DNA of 64,000 bases, from NCBI GenBank assembly GCA_951406725.2, contig OX597827.1:36952001-37016000 (forward strand). Direction: 5' to 3'. The DNA comes from Octopus vulgaris (Eukaryota). Below are positions 1 to 11,486 of the stretch, one piece after another. The notes beneath the pieces are model-generated. The model saw only the letters and a program-made list of their open reading frames with translations, was not told the origin of the DNA and made no database searches. Every line of letters begins with the position of its first letter. The stretch's first letter is position 1. Position numbers and translations under genes: made by a program.

Positions 1-338
1 ATTGCATTTTTTATGATATGTTTGTTTATTGAAAGAGAACCTCTGCACAAAAGATTGCTGAGAAGTGGAGCCCTCCTATATTGAAAACTTCTTGGCTTTG
101 GGTAACAGGAAGACCAGTTAATTATGATTTTATTCAACCTATTCCCCTCTCAGATTCATACACTTATTTCAGTGGTCCTTCAGTTTTTCTAAGTTCTGTA
201 AAAGAACTTGCAAGGTTGGGCCTCCAGCTAGGCCTTTTGTGATACCTTAAATATCAGGAACTTTTCATACTGATACACACGCACGCACACACACACACAC
301 ACACACACACGTCGATAGATACATAGAAAGATAGATAG

Positions 339-501
339 AGATCAAAACAGTTTGATCCAAACTCCTTGGTACTCCAAGTTTTAAGTGTGAAGTTAATCCT
401 CTGCTGTTGGACATTAGAATGGAGAAAGTCCAACAGCTGAGGATTATCATCACACTTGAAACTCAGAGTGCCAAGGAGTTTGCATCAAACTGTTTTGATC
501 T
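339..501. repeat. Fold-back (inverted repeat) element, ~74-bp arms, 15-nt loop
   Basis: 339-412 (agatcaaaacagtttgatccaaactccttggtactc...ctgttggac) is the imperfect reverse complement of 428-501. The right arm has ctgagga...gaaactcagagtg, a partial hammerhead-like core without a clear stem I. Confidence 0.9.
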
Positions 502-1384
502 ATACATGTAACTCCCAATAAAAGTGCCCTACCTTCGTAGTCGACTCACTCATATGTGTGTGTGTGTGTGAGCATATATATTTCAAAAATTGTAGAAAAA
601 TGTACAGGACAATGACAAAAACAAACATGACAAGATAAAATGTATGTATACAACAAAAAATATGCATATACAACAAAAAAGTTGTGCAGCCACAAGACAG
701 TCAGATATGGGGTAACACAAAGGAAAATGAAAATGTTCTTTAGGACTGGAGATGAAAGAAGGACAGATAGAGAGTCAGAACGGAGGAAGAAATAACAAAT
801 GGGTAAAAAGACAGGAAGTGTGTGTGTTGTGTGTTTCCCTATTTTAAATGTAAGACGCATATTGAGTGACAATTATATTCTGTTTCTAACATATTGAACA
901 ACTATGTAGTATATTCCTGGTTGGTTTCTATTACTATGGCAATGCCTGCAATGGTTGTGTTGTTAGTCAGGCAGTAATGTGTATGATGGCTTTTCCTATT
1001 GGCATTTACCTGATAATTAAGTATAGAACTGTTACTGATAGATCTGTGACTAGAGATCAGTGAATCAGTTAACTTTGGTAGTAATAATTGCTTGGTTTTG
1101 GAGTATCAGAACTCTTTATCTGTATTACAGATACACAGCATCAAGGTTTGTAAACCATATCAATATTCCAGCATGGAAAGTGAAAGTGAAACAGTTATGA
1201 TGATGAAGCTGATGATGATGAAAAATATATATGCTAATATTTAATGCTAACACACTACCACACTTGATACTTCTACAGGCAACCTTTTTTCTGCTCCACA
1301 TATATTTGTGTTTTTTACATATATATATATATTTGTTTTCTTTTTTCAAATACATATAATCATATACTTTGTATTTATATATAT

Positions 1385-1680
1385 GAAGGAGTAACCCCCC
1401 AACCCCCCAACCCTGAATTATGCGATATTATTTTATTCACTTAGTTTTACATGTTTATACTATTACTGCCTTCAAAGTATTCTCCATTTGCAGCTATATA
1501 TTGGCCCAGATGCGTTTTTCACTGTTTGAAGCAATCCTGGAACTCTTGTAACAAGATGCCTTTTAAAGCCTAAATTTTTTTTTCACAGAATGCAAAATTG
1601 GGTGAATAGGGTGAGTGGGTAAAGCATCACGCCATTTATTCACTTGTTCTTTGTAATTTGATACAGGCAATTGTGGAATC
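1385..1680 (-). mobile_element. Degenerate mariner transposon 3' fragment
   Basis: The minus strand translates as QEFQDCFKQ*KTHLGQYIAANGEYFEG, matching the mariner transposase C-terminal W..C....GEYFE motif. Confidence 0.65.
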
Positions 1681-1948
1681 ACTCATTATTGTCCTCAGCA
1701 CCCTTTTTCTTTCCAAGAATTTGTTTTCACATTTTCTTTCTTCTTCTACTTCTTCCTCCTTTCTTCTCTCCTCCTCCTCCTCTCCCCTCCCCCTCCTTTT
1801 ATCTACTTTGCTATTTGCACTGTCCTTGTTTTGTCCATATTTTCACAGTCTGTTTACATTTTCATTTTCATTTACTTTTTGCTTTCTTCGCTGGGTAAAG
1901 CATATAGTATTTTGTGAGTGGAATGAGTTTGCATCATTAACTGATGAT

Positions 1949-1989
1949 TATGCTGAGGATGGGTGACCACTCAAAAACTTGAGTCCATA
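1949..1989 (+). ncRNA. Degenerate minimal type-I hammerhead ribozyme (PLE-type)
   Basis: tatg-CTGAGGA-tgggt(gacc)actca-AAAA-cttgag-TC-cata. Stem I tatg/cata and stem II are intact; GAAA is changed to AAAA and stem III is probably ctcgag changed to cttgag. Confidence 0.65.
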
Positions 1990-2205
1990 TGTATCATGTA
2001 AGGCTACAGATGGGAGTGATGATCACTCTTTGCTAATACTAATTTGACACAGAAAGTGTGTCATTAGCCAGCTGGAAGAGATGTCTTCCTGTGGCTATAA
2101 ATGTCAGTAGCACTGTCCTGTATAGGACGTCACACATGGTTGGCAATTATATGTTATGATTCCATATTGCTACCGTTTATATCTTGCTCAGAGATTTAAT
2201 ATAAT

Positions 2206-2255
<50 letters not shown>

Positions 2256-2847
2256 GCACATGCAAACATACATATACATTTTTAGGAATTAATAACAGAT
2301 AATATCAGTAGTTATTAGATGGTGGTTTTTAACATATGATTTCCTTACCTGTTCATTCCTCAAAATTCAATCACTATGCACACACTCACACACACACACA
2401 CAAACGCATTCATGAACACACAAATACAGAAGATGTACATGCATGCACACAGATTTGTGTAATAAATGGTTTCAAGAGAAGATACCTATTATATTGGTGT
2501 ATTGATCCAACGGCAAAGTAATGCAGTGTATAGAGTGTAGACCAGAGAAGGCAGCAGCAGTAGGGAAAAGGGTGGTGTGATGATGTGGAGGAGGGAGAAT
2601 TAAAAAAAGGTAAATATATAGATAAATAAATAAATAAATAAATAAATGAAGGAATGAATAAAAGTGCAATTTAATGAACCAAACAAGAAATGAGGCTAAG
2701 GTACATATATGAATTCTTGAAGCTTGTGAATATCATGGAACGGTTGTGCTGGAATTAACAAGGTATGTTTAGTTGTGGCACTGTGATGATCTATGTGTAT
2801 ATAGGTTTAACTGTATGTGTATATGCTTGTGAATATGTGTGTTATAG

Positions 2848-2889
<42 letters not shown>

Positions 2890-2893
2890 TGTG

Positions 2894-2931
<38 letters not shown>

Positions 2932-2943
2932 TGTCTGTATGTA

Positions 2944-3133
2944 TATATCAGTTGAATAAAGTTACTACATGGTCTAGTTTTGACGTTTTTTATTATTGTA
3001 TTTTTTAAAAAATGTTTTACAATGTTGTAGTGTGTTAAACAAAACATTACGACATTGCAAAAAAATTTCTTTAAAATACAATAATAAAAAACGTGAAAAC
3101 CAGACCATGTTGTAAATTTATTCAACTGATGTA
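2944..3133. repeat. Fold-back element, ~88-bp arms, between TA-rich microsatellites
   Basis: atcagttgaataaagttactacatggtctagttttgacg... (2947-3033) pairs with ...cgtgaaaaccagaccatgttgtaaatttattcaactgat (3044-3130). Confidence 0.9.
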
Positions 3134-3236
3134 TTATTCTATATACATTTACACAAATTAGGAAAAAATATAATATATATATACATACATACATATATTA
3201 TGTCTATGTATGTATGCATATATATATATATATATA

Positions 3237-3434
3237 TTGGTAAAAATTGTAAGATAACAAAAGAAAGAAAGTGACCTCAATATTATGTAAATAGAGGAAA
3301 TTTATCTGTAAAATAATATGCGAGAATTATTCGATAGCAAAGATAAAACTCTGAGTTTCGGATGTCGAGGTGGAAATCCACAACACCATCTCTTCAGTTA
3401 TCTGGCCAGATAATTGTCACATATTATTTTACAG

Positions 3435-3437
<3 letters not shown>
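3237..3437 (-). mobile_element. PLE pLTR-like fragment with short inverted copy, inserted in (TA)n
   Basis: (TA)n on both sides; 3303-3330 is inverted at 3410-3437; it contains the hammerhead at 3341-3403. Confidence 0.7.
3341..3403 (-). ncRNA. Near-intact minimal type-I hammerhead ribozyme
   Basis: Minus strand: agataa-CTGAAGA-gatg...catc c-GAAA-ctcagag-TT-ttatct. It has a 6-bp stem I, an intact core, a quasi-palindromic stem III and a GUU cleavage triplet. Confidence 0.8.
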
Positions 3438-3479
<42 letters not shown>

Positions 3480-3524
3480 TATATACACAGAGGTTATAAT
3501 CTATTTAAATCTGAAATTATATAT

Positions 3525-4291
3525 TCATGCTTTCTTGTTCTTTTTGTGAAGTGTCCTGTCCATTGTGCCCCAGAGGTGTTCAATGGGGCTCATATCTGGT
3601 AACTGGCTTAGCAATTGAAGCTTTTTAATGCCATTCTCATCCAACAAATCTTGGAATAAATGATAACCAGATGGGGCAATGCCCAGCAAACATGGTGGGT
3701 GAAGCATCATTTCCCATTCAAACTGCTCCAGACTTTGGAATGTCATCCTCATTGTATGTGGCCAAGCATTATCCTGATGGAAGAATACCTTTCGTCTTGA
3801 AACCAAAGATAGTCATTTCTCTTGTAGCACAAGTGTTGATGAATGGTTGAATGACCAAATCCAAGATTCTCTTCTAGTTCTTCAACAGTTATGATGGGAT
3901 TTTTTTCCGCTAGGGTTTGCAGAACATCCTATTGAGCTCTATAGATCTTTCAGGCTGTAGTTTTCGGCTTGGAATGTCTAGAAACACCAGTGACATATAC
4001 TGATCTCCATATACTGCCTTAATATTTCTCATGCTTTCCATTACATTCTTAACCTTATTGAACTCATAAAGCAAAATAAGCCAAATATGCTCCTTTGTCA
4101 CTTCCATTATAGCTTTGAAAATAATAACTGTTAAAATCGAATTGCATTCTTCAAAACTTGCACTAAGGATAAGTACAAAATAAAATTACTACCTGTTTTT
4201 ATAGCAAGTTGATGCAGGTAGTTTATCCTGTGTGCTTCTGACTTTTAGTTCATGCAATTGAAAAAACTGCATTATTTATGGGATGACCTAG
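3525..4291 (-). mobile_element. Degenerate mariner transposon, joined to a small Tc1-type fragment at ~3525-3640
   Basis: MEVTKEHIWLILLYEFNK (N-terminal HTH), FFHQDNAWPH and LHPPCLLGIAPSGYHLF (YSPDIAPSDY-like), with frameshifts. DMSPIEHLW is a Tc1-type motif. Confidence 0.85.
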
Positions 4292-4310
4292 TGGTGGGGG
4301 TGTATGCAAG

Positions 4311-4475
4311 ATGCAGGCATGGCTGTGTGGTAAGAAACTTTCTTCCCAGCCACATGGTTCCAGGTTCAGTCTCTCTGTGTGATACCTTGGGCAAGTGTCT
4401 TCTACTATAGCTTTAAGCCAACCAAAGCTTTGTGAGTAGATTTGGTAGACAGAACCTAAAAAAAGCCTGTTGTAT
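4311..4475 (+). mobile_element. Octopus tRNA-derived CORE-like SINE, 5' part
   Basis: ggctgtgtggtaag...ggttcagtc...ccttgggcaagtgtcttctactatag...gtgagtagatttggtagac, matching the full copy at 54485-54900. Confidence 0.8.
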
Positions 4476-4487
4476 ATATATATATAC

Positions 4488-4707
4488 TTAAAAGATGGAA
4501 GTGGGAATAGCACAGAAGAAAGTCTAAGACATTTCAATTTAAGAAGGAATTTAATAAAAATTATATAAAGAAAATATTACCAGTTTTGATGTATCTCATC
4601 TTATCAAACATTAGTAAAAATTTATAAAAATTTGGAGTAAAAATAGTTTATCTTCTGTCTGGGGGTCAGACATGTTCTTGACCCCCAGACGGAAGATAAA
4701 CTGTTTA
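4488..4707 (-). mobile_element. PLE pLTR-like fragment in (TA)n with a decayed hammerhead and a terminal 24-bp hairpin
   Basis: Hairpin agtttatcttctgtctgggggtca / tgacccccagacggaagataaact (4645-4702). Minus 4573-4612 reads aatgt-TTGATAA-gatg(agata)catc-AAAA-ctgg-TA-atatt. Confidence 0.65.
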
Positions 4708-4948
4708 TATATATATCTATGTATGTGGCTGCATGGTAAGAAGATGCTTCCCAACCACATGGCACCTTGGGCATGTATCTTCTACCGAAGCCTTGTGAGT
4801 GGATTTGGTAGATGAAAACTGAAAGAAGCTCATCGTATATATATAAATACATATATATTTATATATTATTGTATATATATATATGTATGTATGTATGTAT
4901 GTATATAGCTATGTGTATGTCTTTGTGTCTATGTTTGTCTCCCCACCA

Positions 4949-4984
<36 letters not shown>

Positions 4985-4987
<3 letters not shown>

Positions 4988-5530
4988 ACTATGAGAGATG
5001 TCTATAAATGGTCAAGTCAAGTCATTCAAAGATATTTTCAACAGTAGTGAAGCACAACATTACAGAGATTTATTATAATATAGCCATATTTAATAAAGCA
5101 CCAGGATAATTACATCATATAATGATAAATGGGGAGATAGAGGTGATGACAAGGGGAGAAGCAGTAGTAAAGGTGTGTTATGTCCCCATAATTTGGCAGT
5201 TTAGCAAAAGAGACTGATAGAATAAGTACTAGGCTTAAAAAATAAATCCTGGGTGTCAATTTGTTTGACTAAACTAGTGCTCCAGCATGGCCACAATCAA
5301 ATGACTGCAACAAGTAAGAAATAAAAGAATGTATACATATATATATGCTGTTGGATTTATAACACTTTTCCTTCACCCCTTTAATTCTATATCATTTGTA
5401 CTGTGTAAGTCGGATTCTTATACATTTTTGTATTTCATGTATTTAATATACTTTATATATTGATCTGTCTAATTTGCTTATCCCTACATTTACTTACGTA
5501 TATGTATTTATAAGTATGTGAGTATGTACG

Positions 5531-5581
<51 letters not shown>

Positions 5582-6157
5582 TATATATACGTGTGTGTGT
5601 AAGAATGTATGTTTATATGTACACATGCATATTATATGTATTATGTGTATATGCATTTATGTGTGTGTGTGTGTGTATACATACATATGTATGTATGTAT
5701 GTATATTTGTGTGTGAGTGTGTTTGTGTTTGTGTGTGCATATATATATATATATATGCACACACACACATACAAACACAGGTGGATACCTCTCTCTCTCT
5801 CTCTTAACACCCACACACACACACACACGCACACACAAAACTGTTTCCCTTAAACTCAGTAGGAATGTTTTGTTCAGTTTAATTTTAACACAGTTTTATA
5901 TATTTAAAATCTATTGCTGACATTTTAATGTCAGAACCTGCTATAAAGATGGCTGTTAAGGCAAGAACTCTTTGATGTTGCTTCTCCCCTTGTCATCACC
6001 TCTATCTCCCCATTTATCATTATATGATGTAATTATCCTGATGCTTTATTAAACATGGCCATATTATAAGGAATTGCTATAACGTTGTGCTTCATTACTG
6101 TTGAAAATATTTTTGAATGATGTGACTTGACCATTTCTAGACAACTCTCATAGTTAG
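4985..6157. repeat. Inverted repeat, ~178-bp arms, ~815-bp spacer
   Basis: 4985-5163 is the imperfect reverse complement of 5979-6157. It is flanked by (CA)n on the left and TG-rich repeat on the right; the spacer holds a SINE fragment and microsatellites. Confidence 0.9.
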
Positions 6158-6649
6158 CTGTGTGTATGTGTTGTGTGACTGTGTGTGCTTATGTATGTAT
6201 GTATGTGTATATGTATGATGTGTTATGATATTCTTTATTGATTGATGTACTGATAGAATGTTGATACAAAAAGCCAAAGTTTTGATGATTTGCACATCAT
6301 TACTGTCATCCATCAAGGTTGTGTTGTATCTAACCTTTGCCACAGACCAGCTATCTCCTACCTCTGCTTTTTCTACTATAATGGCCTCTACTCTTCAGAG
6401 CTCTCCAACCATACCCACCAGACATATGTCTTTCTTTGTCTTGTTATCTATATTATGTGTACCCCACTGCATTCTTCCAGAATCTACACCAACCATTAAG
6501 TTGCATTCTTCTTTCCAGATATTCTTCACACTGGAATTGTATTCCTTCCTATGTTTTCCCTGAATTGTTAACTATTGTTTTAACAGTATTTCTGATATGG
6601 CATAGAAGAAGGAACAGTGCCCATAGCCATCACAGACTTCTGAAGACAG

Positions 6650-7840
6650 GTGAGATCTACCAAGTTGATGTTCACTTGGAACAAATTCAAGTTGTCTGTC
6701 AGTGAAACATGAGCAGGAAGAGAATTTCAGTGGAATGTAGAAGTTCTGAAGAAGAACTTGGGAATAGTAAGTGGAGAACCTGGGAATATTAATTGAATAA
6801 CCTGGGGTATAAATACAATATGGCAGATAAAATGTAGAAAATCGAGTTAGACATTCCACAATTGAAGTGGCAGAGTTGAGGTGCAGAGGCCATAATAGTA
6901 GTAATATTAGAGAGATGAAATCACATGTTTGTGAACCAGAGACGGGAATGGTTTCTCTCAGCAACATCCCAGATATGGGAACAGTGCTCTATATTTTTTT
7001 GTCTGTTTTTTCTTTTAGTCAGTGCCCTTGACCTGTTACAGGACTAATGGAAAGGAGAGGGGTACCCTTAAATTGGAACCCTGGCTACATGTGCTTGTAA
7101 TGGAATAAATTCCAATAAAGTTATCCAAGTTGCTAGGTGGTAGTTAAGTCTACCATCCAAGTAGGTCCTGCCTGAATTTGAACTCAGAACGTGAAAAGTT
7201 GAAACAGATGTTACAAGGTACCCTGTTCAATGTTTTTACATTTTTGTCAATTTCCTCCCTTAGATTGGTAATTTTTTTATTGACCCCCCACCCCCAAATG
7301 AAGAAAAGTCAAAGGTGACCTCAGCGGGATTTGAGCTCAGAGCATTCAGTTGACCACAGTTGTGAGCATCACTTGAGTTTTATAGATCATTAGTAATTAT
7401 TTTGAATGGCTGAAGTATTTTCTGGATCTGCAGTGGAAGGCCAGTCTTTGTGATGTAATTTTGACTATGTGGATGATGTGTATTCACTAGAAAAAATTCT
7501 CAGAGATGGTAAGCCTGAGCATTTGTAGTAATTTTAAGGAATTTAGTTGCATGGTATCTACGTTTTGGGTATGTGGGGTACAATGTTTTTATTTTTTTTT
7601 TGGTATGTGCTGGGATTGCCTCTTTTTTCTGTTGAAGAACACAAGATTGGCATGGCTACAGTGAGGATATTTTCAGTGTTTGTATTTATTGCATGTAGGA
7701 TTGGAGTGATGTATTTAGGTTGCATGATAATGATAATTTAATGTCAAAAGTCTGGGAACAATGAAGGGTTGTATCATCTGCAGAGAAGTGTATGTTGCTG
7801 GAGTTAACAGCAAGTAGGTTGTATTATGTTAATGAGAAAA
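6650..7840 (-). mobile_element. CR1/L2/Jockey-type LINE RT 3' remnant, interrupted by SINE fragments
   Basis: NLLAVNSSNIHFSADDTTLHCS (YADD-type motif, ~7760-7820) and the tail YSINIPRFSTYYSQ. A second similar tail lies on + at ~6340-6560 (HSSFQ/SHWNCIPSYVFP). Confidence 0.55.
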
Positions 7841-8596
7841 ACCATTAAACAGTTTCCTGATTAACAAACCACAACATTCCTGATAATTTGAGTAGACATA
7901 ACTTTTAAATCAATGTAATTTAAGCTAATTAATCAAGAATCACAATTATGTAATTATACATTTAATGATGTATATTTTAGTAATACAGCTGATGAGCACA
8001 AAGCATGAACTATATGTGAAGTTTATGCTTTCCTGCTTCTCTACTAAATATGTTACTCTTAAAGATGATTCTAAAGGATGATGTATATATGTACATGCAA
8101 ATCGGTCCCAACTGGATTTACTTCAATATAATAGCATGCTGGAGTTTAACAAACTGTTATTAATTCAGGTCTTAATTACTGTGGGTGTTTTTCTTATGTT
8201 TATGAATCAATTCTCTGGATGAGTAAAAGAGATCAAGACGCTTAACTCTGCAATATCAACCATTCAAGATTATGATGATTGAAGACATGCCCTTAGAACA
8301 AAGATGCACTTGATGTCTTCAGGAGAAGTAGAGAAGTATATATGTAAAGTTACACCTTCCATTCTTCCAACCAAATATTTATAAGGTCCTCATGTTATAG
8401 AATCTGTATGATTTATTTATGTATTTGGGTGTAGCTAGGGTGAGTGTATGTATACATATGTGTATGTATGTATTCTTTTATTATTTTACTTGCCCCAATC
8501 ATTTGACTGGGGCCATGCAGTGGAACTGAACCCAGAACCATGTGGTTGGGAAGCAAGCTTCTTACTTCACAGCCGCTCCTGTGCCTATGTATGTAA

Positions 8597-9060
8597 GAAA
8601 AGAAAAAGAAAATGGAGATAGTGAAGTTAATAATTGTTTATTATTAACAACAAATCAAACATCATCCCTTACAGCTGTTTCAATTAAAACTCAGTGAATT
8701 AATTAAATATTAAATTCATATGCCCTGAGCATAATATCTTCAGAGGAAAAAAATATACCCTTCGATGTTTTATATTTGTATTTATGGATTCATTATATCA
8801 GGCTGCAAACCTCTCACCTGAACACATAAAAATACCGATCATAAACAGTATCATTCAGTCTGATATAATGAATCCATAAACACATATATCAGACATCCAA
8901 GGGTATATTTTTTCCCCTCTGAAGGTATTATGCTCAGGGCTTATGAATTTAATATTTAATTAACTCATTAAGCTTTAATCAAAACAGATGTAAGGGATGA
9001 TGATTGATTTGTTATAAATAATAAACAATTAACTTCCCAATCTCTTTTTCTTTTTCTTCT
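8597..9060. mobile_element. Fold-back element (~205-bp arms) with a hammerhead in each arm
   Basis: 8597-8805 pairs with 8856-9060. Minus 8665-8748: ttcct-CTGAAGA-long stem II-GAAA-cagctg-TA-aggga. Plus copy 8914-8997: ccct-CTGAAGG...AAAA-cagatg-TA-aggga. Confidence 0.85.
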
Positions 9061-10209
9061 TTTATATGATTATAAACTATATGTTTATATATATACCTAT
9101 TATTTTAAGGAACTCAATTGCCCCACAATATTAGGCATTGAACCAGTATTTCTTTAGATGACACCATCCCTTCATGAGGTTAAGATAACCTCTAGTTGAA
9201 TTTATATATATATATATATATCATATATGTGTGTGTGTGTGTGTATGCAGGCATGTATGTATGTATATATGTATGTGACTGTGTGTCTAGAAGTTTGCTT
9301 CCGAGCCACATGGTTTTGGGTTTTATTCCACTGCATGGCACCTAAGGCTAGTGTCTTGTACGATAGCCTTGGATCAGCCAAACCCTTCTGAGTGGATTTG
9401 GTAGAGAGAAACTCAAAGAAGCTTGTCATTTATGTGTATACACACATGCACACATATGCAAAAACATGCTTGTAAATATGTGCATAGATTCAATGTAGAA
9501 ATGAATATTGTTACTATAAAACAACAACTACTAGAATAACAACTCAGTTATTACTCCATTACTATTAACTACATCTCCAACAGCAATATCTCTGCAGTCA
9601 TCACAACCACCAGCATCTTTAATATCATCAGCAGCTCAAGAACAACAACACCAGAATTATCTCCACAATCATTGCTAATACTGATGTACTCTCAATACAT
9701 TAAATTTAATCTACCAAATCTTCAGGTTATATCATGGCTAAGACAGATAAATAATATGTTGTTAAGTTGAAGTCCTAAAGATGTATTGTGTAATCTTATG
9801 AATTTTATACATCTGTACATGTCTACTTATATGATATTATGTCACATTATAATCTCATAATGAAACATTTTAGATATGCCTTGAAATCTGTTTGTCTGCT
9901 TTATTAGTATATTTCACCATTCCTAAAGTTCTATGTTATATTGGATTATCTTGGTTTTGCTGCATGCTGAACACCAGTAAAATTCTCTTCATTGATGCAG
10001 TCTCTGCAGACTGACTGGATTCTTTTATTTGTTGATTTGTGCCATACTATCTAGTCATCATAAGTAGTGTGATTCATATTGATGTGCCTTGCAATATTCA
10101 GTAGATCCCCATCAAATTAACACACACACATGTACGCACGCACAAACACACACGTACACAATAAAAAAAATAAATATAATATCCAAGGAAGAAAAATAGC
10201 TTCGAGCAA

Positions 10210-10331
10210 ACCATAGTAAATATAAAAACAACTTTCAGGGATAACAGTAGTTTATTGAGACAGAAGCTTGTGGATTTGTTTTCTTATTGAAGTACAATAA
10301 ATTGAAAAAAGTTCTTTTTATATTTCATGGT
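10210..10331. repeat. Short fold-back element
   Basis: accatagtaaatataaaaacaacttt / aaagttctttttatatttcatggt, plus inner tttattg/caataaa. Confidence 0.65.
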
Positions 10332-10364
10332 GCACACCCAGGGTTAATGGGTATGCAAATAAGA

Positions 10365-10617
10365 ATACAAGAGTTAAGGAATGGAACTGATAAGATCCAG
10401 GCTACATATGCTTCATACTGAGTGGAACCTCGGAAGAGGTAAATATCCAAGCAAGGTGTGTACTGCATGCTACTTTTCAGGCCTAGGATATCTTGATTGG
10501 CCTGAAGAGCAACCTGTGGTATACACCTCGCTTGGATATTTACCACTTCTGAGGTTTTGCTTGCTATGAGATATATGTAGCCCAGATCTTATCTACTCCA
10601 TTTCTTAACTCTTGTAT
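10365..10617. mobile_element. Fold-back element (~119-bp arms) with a hammerhead in each arm
   Basis: 10365-10483 pairs with 10499-10617. The two-arm consensus is ggc-CTGAAGA-gtagc...gcta(c)-GAAA-catatg-TA-gcc (plus 10499-10582, minus 10400-10483). Confidence 0.85.
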
Positions 10618-10637
10618 ATATAATAATAATAATAATA

Positions 10638-10681
<44 letters not shown>

Positions 10682-10700
10682 TATAATAATAATAATAATA
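10618..10700. repeat. (TAA)n microsatellite
   Basis: Direct reading. Confidence 0.95.
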
Positions 10701-10774
10701 AAGGATGAAATCGTTAGAAATTTGATCAGTGGCCAACATATAAAATAGACATATTAAGGTGAATTCATATACAG

Positions 10775-11475
10775 AGATTTATAATAGTAGAAAATATAAC
10801 TATAATTAAGGGCACATGCCTATGTACTGAAAATAGATGTTAAATCATTGAACCACTTTAAATTATCACTTTTATAATGCACACATGTTGAAAGCAAGGG
10901 AGTAGGCTGACAGAAATTCATAAAATAATTCAGATAGCCTTGGATTGATCAATATCTGGATTTGTCTAATGATTTTTCCTCATCAACAAAGCATACTGAG
11001 GGAAATAAATGAAACATTTATAAATACTCACAGAAAAGCAAATGCAAAGCTGTGATTACATACACATACCACAAATAATTTTTAATGATTTTTATCCTTT
11101 ATTATTATAATTGAATAATTTCCTTTCACTTCAGGACAGTTTAGTCACTTCCGTACTACTCTGACCAATTACACACGTCTTGTGGTAGTCTATGAAATTT
11201 GATGCAGATATATTGGTGATATTTGTATGCAATCACAGCTTTGCATTTGCTTTTCTGTAGGCATGTATAAATGTCTCATTTATTTTCCTCAGTATGCTTT
11301 GCTGATGAGGAAAAGTCATTAGACTAATCCAAAAATTGATCAATCGAAGGCTATCTGAATTATTTTATGAATTTTTCTTAGCCAACTCCCTCACTTTCAA
11401 TATGTATTTTCAGCATATAGGCATAGTACTCTCTGTGCCCTTAATAATAATTGTATTTTATACTATTATAAATCT
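10775..11475. mobile_element. Fold-back element (~260-300-bp arms) with a hammerhead in each arm
   Basis: 10775-11072 pairs with 11216-11475. The consensus is gctttg-CTGATGA-gga...tcca-GAAA-ttgatcaa-TC-caaggc (plus 11296-11351, minus 10937-10992); GAAA is mutated differently in each arm (AAAA, GATA). Confidence 0.85.
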
Positions 11476-11486
11476 ATATATACATG

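Noticed and set aside
4985-5025. ctatgagag..tctagaaatggtc as a hammerhead in the 4985/6157 arms
   Set aside because: The core lacks a base in both arms and there is no stem I.
7985-8020. ctgatgagcacaaagcatgaac as a hammerhead
   Set aside because: No GAAA, stem I or stem III support.
8210-8300. piggyBac-like LWMSKRD...ISTIQD motif
   Set aside because: Too short, needs a frameshift, and has no TIR or TTAA evidence.
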